Of a stretch of 64,000 nucleotides of DNA, positions 55,957 through 62,848 are shown in pieces. The stretch is taken from the IMG/VR virus record IMGVR_UViG_3300045988_135886, one strand, 5' to 3'. This DNA is from a virus. Every line of letters starts with the position of its first letter. Position 1 is the stretch's first letter. The translations under genes and the position numbers were made by a program. The notes beneath the pieces are model-generated. The model was not told the origin of the DNA. It searched no databases and saw nothing but the letters and a program-made list of their open reading frames with translations.

Positions 55957-56231
55957 TCCTGTCTCCTTGTGATTAACATTGATAAGTCTCCTTTTTCAAA
56001 CATCTCACTTGTAAAAGTCCACGGAATTGCAGTCATTGTATAATAATAGGTATTACCAAGATTTTTTATAGTATCTATTCGTAATTTTTTCCCACAATAT
56101 TTCTTCATTTCTCCCACAAAACTGCAATAATTGTTACATCGAATAACACCATAATAATTAACACCAAATTCTTTAACCATATCATTCCATTGTCGAATCT
56201 GGACAATGTCTCCTACTTTGTATCGCTTCAT
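55944..56231 (-). CDS. KVGD-type mini-protein, family A paralog 3
   Basis: MKRYKVGDIVQIRQWNDMVKEFG...MKKYCGKKLRI...LSMLITRRQ. Confidence 0.55.
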   Translation of the reverse strand: MKRYKVGDIVQIRQWNDMVKEFGVNYYGVIRCNNYCSFVGEMKKYCGKKLRIDTIKNLGNTYYYTMTAIPWTFTSEMFEKGDLSMLITRRQECIK

Positions 56232-56475
56232 ATAAATCTCCTAATGGTGTGATCATGTCTGTAGACCACATATATCTACCGTTATCTTCTTCGATTCTAA
56301 AAACATTGTCGTATATAAAATATGAAACAGTTATAGTAGTTCCACAAAATCTACACATGTCTTTAACAAAAAATGCCAAACATGGTATATATATTTCATC
56401 CCCAGTTTGAGCGGTTCCAAACTCTCTTTCCATATCATCCCAAGAACGAACTTTATACTTTTGTCCTACTTTCAT
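56182..56475 (-). CDS. KVGD-type mini-protein, family A paralog 2
   Basis: MKVGQKYKVRSWDDMEREFG...MCRFCGTTITV...LYEAIQSRR. 50-nt overlap with the next gene. Confidence 0.55.
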   Translation of the reverse strand: MKVGQKYKVRSWDDMEREFGTAQTGDEIYIPCLAFFVKDMCRFCGTTITVSYFIYDNVFRIEEDNGRYMWSTDMITPLGDLYEAIQSRRHCPDSTME

Positions 56476-56746
56476 TTCTCACCTCAATCATTCTTTTCAA
56501 GCCAGGTACGACCAACATATTCTCAGTAAACAAAAATTGCTCTGAAGTGTTTATACTTTTTCCTTGGTATACTCCTTCATAAAGAGGATCTTTTCTAATT
56601 ATACGTATCTTATTTCCACATAAAACCTTCATCCTAGATAAAAATAATATGTCTCCAAAATCTAAGGCTCCACGAAAACCACCATTAGAAGCTTTTTTAA
56701 GCTCCTCCCAAGTTTTTAAATAATATGTTTTCCCTATTTTTAGCAT
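56453..56746 (-). CDS. KVGD-type mini-protein, family A paralog 1
   Basis: MLKIGKTYYLKTWEELKK...MKVLCGNKIRI...LKRMIEVRNE. Confidence 0.5.
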   Translation of the reverse strand: MLKIGKTYYLKTWEELKKASNGGFRGALDFGDILFLSRMKVLCGNKIRIIRKDPLYEGVYQGKSINTSEQFLFTENMLVVPGLKRMIEVRNESRTKV

Positions 56747-56751
56747 AGTCT

Positions 56752-57828
56752 TTACCCAACCATCATGACATCAACTGCATTCTTAAATTTTCTCAGCATT
56801 TCCGGATTAGAAGAAATGATTTTCTTTCTTCTTGCTCCTACTTTGCCATGTTTGTTAATATAACGAACTTCTAAATTATGCCAATTGATCGGACTCATTT
56901 CTCCCATCTTTTTATATACTTTTCTGTATGTAACCATTCCTCCGTTGCTCTTATCTCCATATTTTTCTACGAGAGGAGCAATAATAGAATCTGTTGCATC
57001 CTGATTACAGATTGATTTATATTTTTCATAGAGATCTCCTAACGCAGCACTGAAGATAGATCTCAAAGTATCATTGGCATAGACAACATCATAAGTACTA
57101 AATTTACTTACTGGATTACACTTTTCTTTGTAATCTTTCACTTCCTGATCCCAACAGATACCGTAATTTTTATTCATATACTTATATACAGTTTTCATTA
57201 CAGAGCCACGATCAGAAAATTTGTCACAAGTGGTAAGAGCATCAATCATCTGGTACATATCATTTTTCCATTTTTTACCTGGATCCTCTACTTTCTTTAC
57301 TGGAAGAGGTGTCGTAACAGCTTTCTCTTGAACCATCATAGAAGCTAAACGCCCCATATCTTCAAAGATTTTATCTACTTTTCTTTCTAGTACTTCAATT
57401 TTGTCATTAAAATCCGGAAGCTGTAACTGAATAACATTTGGATTATTAACTTTTTTCTCAAGGAAAGCTGCTGCCAGTACATCTTTTGCCTTGAGTTGAT
57501 ATGCTACAAGTTTTTCTGCTATTCCCGGCATTTCTTTTTTCATAGTTGGAGTAATTGAGATTTTAGCCAACCATAATGGCAGATAGTCTAACTGTAAGCA
57601 CATAACATTCTGATTCCCGCCATTGGTAAGGAGGGTAAAATTTTGTACCCCCTTTGAAATTACTGAATCCGTCTGCATTTTTCTTCTTTCATATTTAATC
57701 CGGTTATCATCTAAACCGATAGCTTCACATACCCAACGAGCACCAACCCAAATATTTCCATCAGGATCCTGTGCTGCTTTAAGAATATCTCCGTTAAACT
57801 CTACTTCTTTTGCTATTAATTTATCCAT
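56752..57828 (-). CDS. Bro-N/antirepressor-like DNA-binding protein
   Basis: 358 aa. The N-terminal VEFNGDILKAAQDPDGNIWVGARWVCEAIGL matches the Bro-N pattern. Confidence 0.6.
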   Translation of the reverse strand: MDKLIAKEVEFNGDILKAAQDPDGNIWVGARWVCEAIGLDDNRIKYERRKMQTDSVISKGVQNFTLLTNGGNQNVMCLQLDYLPLWLAKISITPTMKKEMPGIAEKLVAYQLKAKDVLAAAFLEKKVNNPNVIQLQLPDFNDKIEVLERKVDKIFEDMGRLASMMVQEKAVTTPLPVKKVEDPGKKWKNDMYQMIDALTTCDKFSDRGSVMKTVYKYMNKNYGICWDQEVKDYKEKCNPVSKFSTYDVVYANDTLRSIFSAALGDLYEKYKSICNQDATDSIIAPLVEKYGDKSNGGMVTYRKVYKKMGEMSPINWHNLEVRYINKHGKVGARRKKIISSNPEMLRKFKNAVDVMMVG

Positions 57829-57896
57829 AATGATTTCTTCTCCATTAATATAAATTTGTTAGTGGTCCATTCTGTACAACTATTGATTTTCCTATT

Positions 57897-58388
57897 TTAG
57901 CCGTTAGATTTTCCATCATCTCTTACTTCCAGGTTCTTTAAATCTTCAATACTCCAGGGTTCTTCATCTTCCCATTTGATGAAGTCAAATATATTACCAT
58001 ACATATCTCTTGATACATAAAAACAATTACTATTATCAGTTATCCAAGATTCTTTCATAGAATTACGTCTTGGTTTATTATAGTAAATATAAAGATTATT
58101 ATTGATATTATCTCTTGCAATATATTTACAATTAGGCAGAAGGGCATCAAGGAAGTTCTTTTCTCTTAATGTAATTGTATGTTTTTTCTCTACATATTCT
58201 GATTCAGCCCATCGCATAAGTGCTTCATCATCACAATGACTTCCATAATCATCGGTTTTATAAAATAAACATTGTCCACATTTAATATCGTCACAACAAA
58301 CAACTTTATTATCTTTTGTTACTGCAATTATATTACCTTTACAAGCAATATCTAAAATTTCTTTAGCAAATTTTTCTCTATTTTTCAT
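57897..58388 (-). CDS. Hypothetical protein
   Basis: 163 aa. CCDDIKCGQC motif. Confidence 0.5.
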   Translation of the reverse strand: MKNREKFAKEILDIACKGNIIAVTKDNKVVCCDDIKCGQCLFYKTDDYGSHCDDEALMRWAESEYVEKKHTITLREKNFLDALLPNCKYIARDNINNNLYIYYNKPRRNSMKESWITDNSNCFYVSRDMYGNIFDFIKWEDEEPWSIEDLKNLEVRDDGKSNG

Positions 58389-58397
58389 AAAATCACC

Positions 58398-58811
58398 TCA
58401 ATAAAAAATTTCTTTAACTCTTCCCCAAAACATAATTGAATTATCAATATCTATGCCCCATTGTTCCTCATGTGAAGAACATGTGCTCTCATACTCATAC
58501 ACCGGGAAACCAACTGTAACATCTTCTACCTCAATAACTTTTCCTACTGATGTAGGCCCTTTATCTTCCTGATGGTAGTAAACTATTCCAGTGAGGAATT
58601 CTATTACTGTTTCTTTATACTTTGGATTGCACCAGACATATACCCTATTTCCTGAATCATTCTCTATTCTCCAGATAACATCTTTGTACTCTCTTGCGTT
58701 GTTGCATAGTCTTAGCCATGCCATAGCATAACTTTCTGTTGTAGGTGCTGTAAAATCGGCTGTAATCATTACAGCCTTTTTCCGCTCAATAGATAATTTC
58801 TCTTTTAACAT
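58398..58811 (-). CDS. Hypothetical protein
   Basis: Starts MLKEKLSIERKK at 58811. The track start at 58871 overlaps the upstream ORF. Confidence 0.45.
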   Translation of the reverse strand: MLKEKLSIERKKAVMITADFTAPTTESYAMAWLRLCNNAREYKDVIWRIENDSGNRVYVWCNPKYKETVIEFLTGIVYYHQEDKGPTSVGKVIEVEDVTVGFPVYEYESTCSSHEEQWGIDIDNSIMFWGRVKEIFY

Positions 58812-59080
58812 AGTTGTCCCTCTTTTCTTTTCAATATCATATTTCTTAATGCACCAACTATTTCTTTGCACTGGTAATCACGATTATAAAAATAAGCGGA
58901 AGAATTATAATATACTTTACACTCTTCATTAAAGCGTAATCTTGTTGGGAAATCACAAAATATATTGGTTAAAGCAGTTCCATCCGCCCATGTGTAACCT
59001 TGCTTTTTAGCTTCTTTGATTAACGCTATATATTCTGCTTTATTATTCACCAAAACAGTGCACTTTTTTAAATTTATCAT
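58805..59080 (-). CDS. Mini-protein family C, paralog 2
   Basis: MINLKKCTVLVNNKAEYIALIKEAKKQGYTWADG...FPTRLRF...LRNMILKRKEG. Confidence 0.55.
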   Translation of the reverse strand: MINLKKCTVLVNNKAEYIALIKEAKKQGYTWADGTALTNIFCDFPTRLRFNEECKVYYNSSAYFYNRDYQCKEIVGALRNMILKRKEGQLC

Positions 59081-59351
59081 TAGCCATTTCCTTTCTAATC
59101 ATTATGAGCCTTCGCACTCCTTCAATTAAAACCATGCATTTAGGATAATCTCGTGCACGTCTTCCACGAATAGAACCATAATATGTATAATAATTTTCTC
59201 TAAATTCTAGCCTCGTTGGAAACCTGCAGAAAACTTTATTTAAAGAATCCCCAGATGCCCATGTAAATCCTTGCTTCATAGCAATTTTAGTTATAGCCGA
59301 ATATTCTTTTATATTGTTGACCAATACAGTAGAATCTCTAAGATCAATCAT
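59043..59351 (-). CDS. Mini-protein family C, paralog 1
   Basis: MIDLRDSTVLVNNIKEYSAITKIAMKQGFTWASG...FPTRLEF...VRRLIMIRKEM. Confidence 0.55.
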   Translation of the reverse strand: MIDLRDSTVLVNNIKEYSAITKIAMKQGFTWASGDSLNKVFCRFPTRLEFRENYYTYYGSIRGRRARDYPKCMVLIEGVRRLIMIRKEMANDKFKKVHCFGE

Positions 59352-59484
59352 TTCCACCCCCAACCTTTCCAGACGAGCATTTTCTTCAAATTTTTACATT
59401 TGATGAAGCTTGGTGTATACTCTTTTGTCTCTTCACAATAGCCGAACCATCTGCCTGATATATCTTGATGAAGTTCATATATTT

Positions 59485-59763
59485 TCATGAGGTCGCCTCC
59501 CTTGTCATTACTAAATATCTCAAACTATTTGCCGGAAGTAACATTGCATTGTTAAAATACCATGATACTTCTTCATCATCTATTGATAAGAAATATTCAT
59601 CTAATACAAGATCTGTAATTTTAGTTACTACACAAATTTTTCCACAAAGTTTATACATGTGGCTGTTAAAAAATAATCTTCCCATTGAATTTTCATAATG
59701 GTAATACCACCCGCTAACTAAATTTTTTCTAATCACTACTCTGTCTCCGACTTTATATCTCAT
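59485..59763 (-). CDS. KVGD-type mini-protein, family B paralog 6
   Basis: MRYKVGDRVVIRKNL...MYKLCGKICVV...SWYFNNAML...LRYLVMTRE. Confidence 0.55.
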   Translation of the reverse strand: MRYKVGDRVVIRKNLVSGWYYHYENSMGRLFFNSHMYKLCGKICVVTKITDLVLDEYFLSIDDEEVSWYFNNAMLLPANSLRYLVMTREATS

Positions 59764-59986
59764 GATTTTCCTTTCTAATTTCTACAAGTCTACTTAAATT
59801 TCCTACTGGAATAAGTGATGATCTGTACCAGTATCCTTCTGGAGTACCAGATAGATAGTAACCTGTATAACTTATTCTATTGATTCTATAAACTTTTCCG
59901 AGATACTTCACCCCTATCTCATGAACTGCTAGGTTACGTTTTACACGAACCCAATCTCCAACTTTTAATTCTTTTTTCTCTTGCAT
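59753..59986 (-). CDS. KVGD-type mini-protein, family B paralog 5
   Basis: MQEKKELKVGDWVRVKRNL. ATG at 59986 with AGGGGGA SD. Confidence 0.55.
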   Translation of the reverse strand: MQEKKELKVGDWVRVKRNLAVHEIGVKYLGKVYRINRISYTGYYLSGTPEGYWYRSSLIPVGNLSRLVEIRKENHEI

Positions 59987-60258
59987 ATAAGTCCCCCTAA
60001 ACACTGAACAGGTTCTAACATTATGTCACTGAAAACCCACTCGCATGTTTCATCTCCTAGTGCTAGTCTATAGTTAACATAGCCAGGATAAAATGATGAA
60101 ACTTTATCTATGATTTTATATGCATGGCCACAGAATTTTTGCATGGCAATGTTAAAAAACAAATATTCATTATCACTACCATCATAATAATATCTTGTAT
60201 TACCTTTCAAATTACTTCTAACTCTTACTATGTCTCCTATTTTATATTTCTCTTGCAT
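59965..60258 (-). CDS. KVGD-type mini-protein, family B paralog 4
   Basis: MQEKYKIGDIVRVRSNL...MQKFCGHAYKI...EWVFSDIML...LGGLICKRKK. Confidence 0.55.
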   Translation of the reverse strand: MQEKYKIGDIVRVRSNLKGNTRYYYDGSDNEYLFFNIAMQKFCGHAYKIIDKVSSFYPGYVNYRLALGDETCEWVFSDIMLEPVQCLGGLICKRKKN

Positions 60259-60518
60259 ATCAAGCTCCTTAACCCATCAACAAGTATCAACATTGCATCG
60301 TTGAACACCCACTTAGATTCCTCTTCTCCTAGAGATAAACTATAAGTTTCACACCCATAATCATCTAAAGATGCTACTATCTCGTACTCCTCTCCACGGA
60401 ATTTTTCCATTGCTGAAGCAAAATATAACTTTCTGCGTGCCGGATTCGAATAAGGATATTCTAACCCACCAACTAAATCTGTCCGGACCATGACTCTATC
60501 TCCAACTTTATATTTCAT
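60237..60518 (-). CDS. KVGD-type mini-protein, family B paralog 3
   Basis: MKYKVGDRVMVRTDL...MEKFRGEEYEI...KWVFNDAML...LRSLICKRN. Confidence 0.55.
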   Translation of the reverse strand: MKYKVGDRVMVRTDLVGGLEYPYSNPARRKLYFASAMEKFRGEEYEIVASLDDYGCETYSLSLGEEESKWVFNDAMLILVDGLRSLICKRNIK

Positions 60519-60753
60519 GTTTCCTCCTCTTATCAATTAGTACAGTTAGTCCTTTGTAAGGAATGAATTCCTCTGCTGGAAACCAATAATCACTAGCTTC
60601 TTCTAACTCATAAGCTTTTCTTTCAAAAGTTTTAGAAGTTAGTTCTATAATTGATTTTATGGTACATATATTTCCTAATAAATAATTTATATCTACGCCC
60701 CATAGAATACGAGGAGTATTAGATCTAAAAATTACTTTATCTCCTCTCTTCAT
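60508..60753 (-). CDS. KVGD-type mini-protein, family B paralog 2
   Basis: MKRGDKVIFRSN...LTVLIDKRRK. Confidence 0.5.
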   Translation of the reverse strand: MKRGDKVIFRSNTPRILWGVDINYLLGNICTIKSIIELTSKTFERKAYELEEASDYWFPAEEFIPYKGLTVLIDKRRKHEI

Positions 60754-60979
60754 ATTGCCTTCTTTCATGGATAGCTAAAAATAAAGTACCTTCTGCAGGA
60801 ATAAACATATCCAACTTAAAAATATATCCTGATTCTTTAACACAACAATAAGCCTCAAAACCTCTAGGGTTATTTATGGATATTATAGTCATAATTTTTC
60901 CTTTAACTTCTTCCACAGGAATACACCATATGCATCCATGCAATCTAGGATCAACTATTACTTTATCTCCAACTTTCAT
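60737..60979 (-). CDS. KVGD-type mini-protein, family B paralog 1
   Basis: MKVGDKVIVDPRL. ATG at 60979 with GGAGGAATAAG upstream. Confidence 0.5.
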   Translation of the reverse strand: MKVGDKVIVDPRLHGCIWCIPVEEVKGKIMTIISINNPRGFEAYCCVKESGYIFKLDMFIPAEGTLFLAIHERRQYEERR

Positions 60980-60980
60980 C

Positions 60981-61136
60981 TTATTCCTCCAATATAAAAT
61001 CAAGTACTTCTACAATACCCATACCTGATATATCTAATAGTTTCATTTCCTTTGAAGCATACTGTACAATACAAATCCCGTCCTTGATTGTGCAGCTTAT
61101 TATGCTTCTCTTTTTTAATAACTTATCTAATTCCAT
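60981..61136 (-). CDS. Small ORF (51 aa), hypothetical
   Basis: Below the track cutoff. AAGGAGC SD. MELDKLLKKRSIISCTIKDGICIVQYASKEMKLLDISGMGIVEVLDFILEE. Its stop lies 1 nt before the next ATG. Confidence 0.4.
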   Translation of the reverse strand: MELDKLLKKRSIISCTIKDGICIVQYASKEMKLLDISGMGIVEVLDFILEE

Positions 61137-61152
61137 AATAGCTCCTTGATAA

Positions 61153-61181
61153 TTCTCTTGGGGAGTCGAACCCCAAGAGAA
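61153..61181 (-). terminator. Strong hairpin with a T-loop-like loop, downstream of gene 61198..61722
   Basis: TTCTCTTGGGG-TTCGACT-CCCCAAGAGAA: 11-bp stem followed by TTATC (weak U-tract). Confidence 0.45.
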
Positions 61182-61197
61182 CTGTTTATTTTATTGT

Positions 61198-61722
61198 TTA
61201 CTCAGCATCTGGAAGATAGAACTTTTTGATTCTATCCTCTCCTACAGCTTCGACAGCAGCCATTGCTACCTCATGAGAGCTGAAGTAAATACCATCTGTA
61301 ATTTTTCTTCTGCTCCATGTGGAATCAACTTTCTCTGTCTCTCTGTTCCAGCAGAGTTTGTATTTTCTCTGAGAGTGATCATCCCAATCAATCTCATCGT
61401 TGTGATCAATAGCGAAGCGTTTAAGCTCTGCTACAATCATCAGATACTCAGCAGCTGCGTCTCTCTCTTCCTCAGTCTTGAAGCAGTTACCTACTGCAAG
61501 TCTCATTACATCTTTCTGGTTCTCTGCTGTGAATACTCCACCGTCTTTCTTTCCTGTACCCCACAGATAGAAGTACTGCTCACCTTCTGTTGGCTCCCAA
61601 TGTTTCTGTACTGTCTCTGGTGCATCAACCATTCCCTGAAGTGCTCCGATGAGTTCTTTAAGCTCGTCCTGTCCAAGTGCTGCCATAATTTTTGTAATAA
61701 TAGTTGTGTTCATCATAATCAT
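61198..61722 (-). CDS. Hypothetical protein, moron-like (visibly GC-richer than its surroundings)
   Basis: 174-aa ORF. The antisense 172-aa plus-strand ORF is a Cys/Leu/Phe-rich shadow. Flanked by its own upstream repeats and a downstream hairpin. Confidence 0.6.
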   Translation of the reverse strand: MIMMNTTIITKIMAALGQDELKELIGALQGMVDAPETVQKHWEPTEGEQYFYLWGTGKKDGGVFTAENQKDVMRLAVGNCFKTEEERDAAAEYLMIVAELKRFAIDHNDEIDWDDHSQRKYKLCWNRETEKVDSTWSRRKITDGIYFSSHEVAMAAVEAVGEDRIKKFYLPDAE

Positions 61723-61777
61723 AATCTCCTATTCTTGTTTGAAATTTGTTTTTTGTTGTTTGTTTTAATCTTTACCC

Positions 61778-61815
61778 ATATTCAGTTGTAATTTTTCTAT
61801 ATTCAGTTGTAATTT
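61778..61815 (-). repeat. Two 17-nt direct repeats (plus strand ATATTCAGTTGTAATTT) spaced 21 bp start to start; operator-like
   Basis: 61778-61794 and 61799-61815, in the 155-bp gap upstream of gene 61198..61722. Confidence 0.6.
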
Positions 61816-61820
61816 ATATG

Positions 61821-61845
61821 AAAACCTCTTAGTGGGCTAGAGGTC
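61821..61845 (-). terminator. Intrinsic terminator candidate after the peptidase gene
   Basis: Minus strand: GACCTCTAG-CCCA-CTAAGAGGT (imperfect stem) followed by TTTT. Confidence 0.4.
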
Positions 61846-61876
61846 AATCATATACTTTGGCATAAACATTCCTCCT

Positions 61877-62848
61877 TTACTGTGATTTTATATCAATAAT
61901 GTCACAAGCAGAATAATACTGATAATGACTTAAAGCCATACCAATTGCTTCCATTTCATTTATTGCGAGGATTTCACAACAGATTTCATTTCCGCTGTAA
62001 GTCTGAAGATAAATATGGAAGAATTTCTTTGCCTTCTCCTCTTTCGAGAATATATAAGTACAATCATCTGTATAAGCTGTTGTGTAATCAGTGCTAATAG
62101 GTGATGCTTCTTCATCATAAGCTCTCCACCAGTTTCCATAACCACCATAGGCAGCTTCAATGTACTCAAATGGTTCCTCGCATGGTAAAGCAAGAATCTT
62201 TTTCGCTTCTTCAATTGTAGAAAGTAATGCTTCTACATTGATTGTTTCTCTTGTAGTGTGTTCGTCGAAATAACCAGAAGATAAATTGACTGCTGCTACA
62301 CCGAGTGCCGGAGCAATTGTTGATATATCACTCACAGAACCCCATGCTGTTTTGAAATAACCAGTAGATTCAATGAATTTTTCAAATTCTTGATTATCAC
62401 AAGAGTAGAATACACAGTCATTGGTCCCTCTTCTATCAATTTCAATGATATAATTTATATCATTGTTTACTATATAGTCACTTACAGCAAACTTCTCAGC
62501 TCCTACGCACCCTTTCTCTTCATCCTCTGTAAACAATACAGAACAATGATACTCTTTAATAATTTGCAGAATAGCGTAGATGCCACACCGGTCGTCTCCC
62601 CCAATCCCTTGAGGAGAAGACATGATTGCTCCAGTGTATTTGATTTTCTGGACACATTCTTCATGTACTGTATCCATATGAGCAACTAAGAGCACTGGGA
62701 AAGTTCCCTTAGCATAGAGGAATCCATCCTCCGATTTAGGTTCATAACCTGCTGTTTCTAACTTAGCTTCCAGGTGACTCTTTAAAGTCATCTGTTTCAT
62801 TCTCAAAATCTCTTCTAATTCTGTAATTTTATATTTATTTTTACTCAT
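61877..62848 (-). CDS. Clan MH zinc metallopeptidase (M20/M28/M42-like) with a C-terminal extension
   Basis: VLLVAHMDTVH, GGDDRCG, FTEDEEKGCVGA, SSGYFDEHTTRE metal-ligand series. The ATG at 62848 (MSKNKYKI) has a GGAGACCGGAG upstream. Confidence 0.6.
   Translation of the reverse strand: MSKNKYKITELEEILRMKQMTLKSHLEAKLETAGYEPKSEDGFLYAKGTFPVLLVAHMDTVHEECVQKIKYTGAIMSSPQGIGGDDRCGIYAILQIIKEYHCSVLFTEDEEKGCVGAEKFAVSDYIVNNDINYIIEIDRRGTNDCVFYSCDNQEFEKFIESTGYFKTAWGSVSDISTIAPALGVAAVNLSSGYFDEHTTRETINVEALLSTIEEAKKILALPCEEPFEYIEAAYGGYGNWWRAYDEEASPISTDYTTAYTDDCTYIFSKEEKAKKFFHIYLQTYSGNEICCEILAINEMEAIGMALSHYQYYSACDIIDIKSQ

Noticed and set aside
55944-60768. Conserved basic C-terminal residues of the mini-proteins as an independent functional signal
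   Set aside because: At each junction the R/K residues are encoded by the downstream gene's AGGAG-type SD, or by its K-V-G-D codons read out of frame. At least the basic part of the tail is therefore a dual-coding by-product. Only the upstream L..LI part remains open.
61273-61791. 172-aa plus-strand ORF
   Set aside because: It is an antisense shadow of the GC-richer minus-strand gene 61198-61722. The translation is Cys/Leu/Phe-rich with no plausible domain or SD. The same reasoning applies to the other plus-strand track ORFs inside long minus-strand genes (for example 16948-17295, 21685-22452, 23662-24027).
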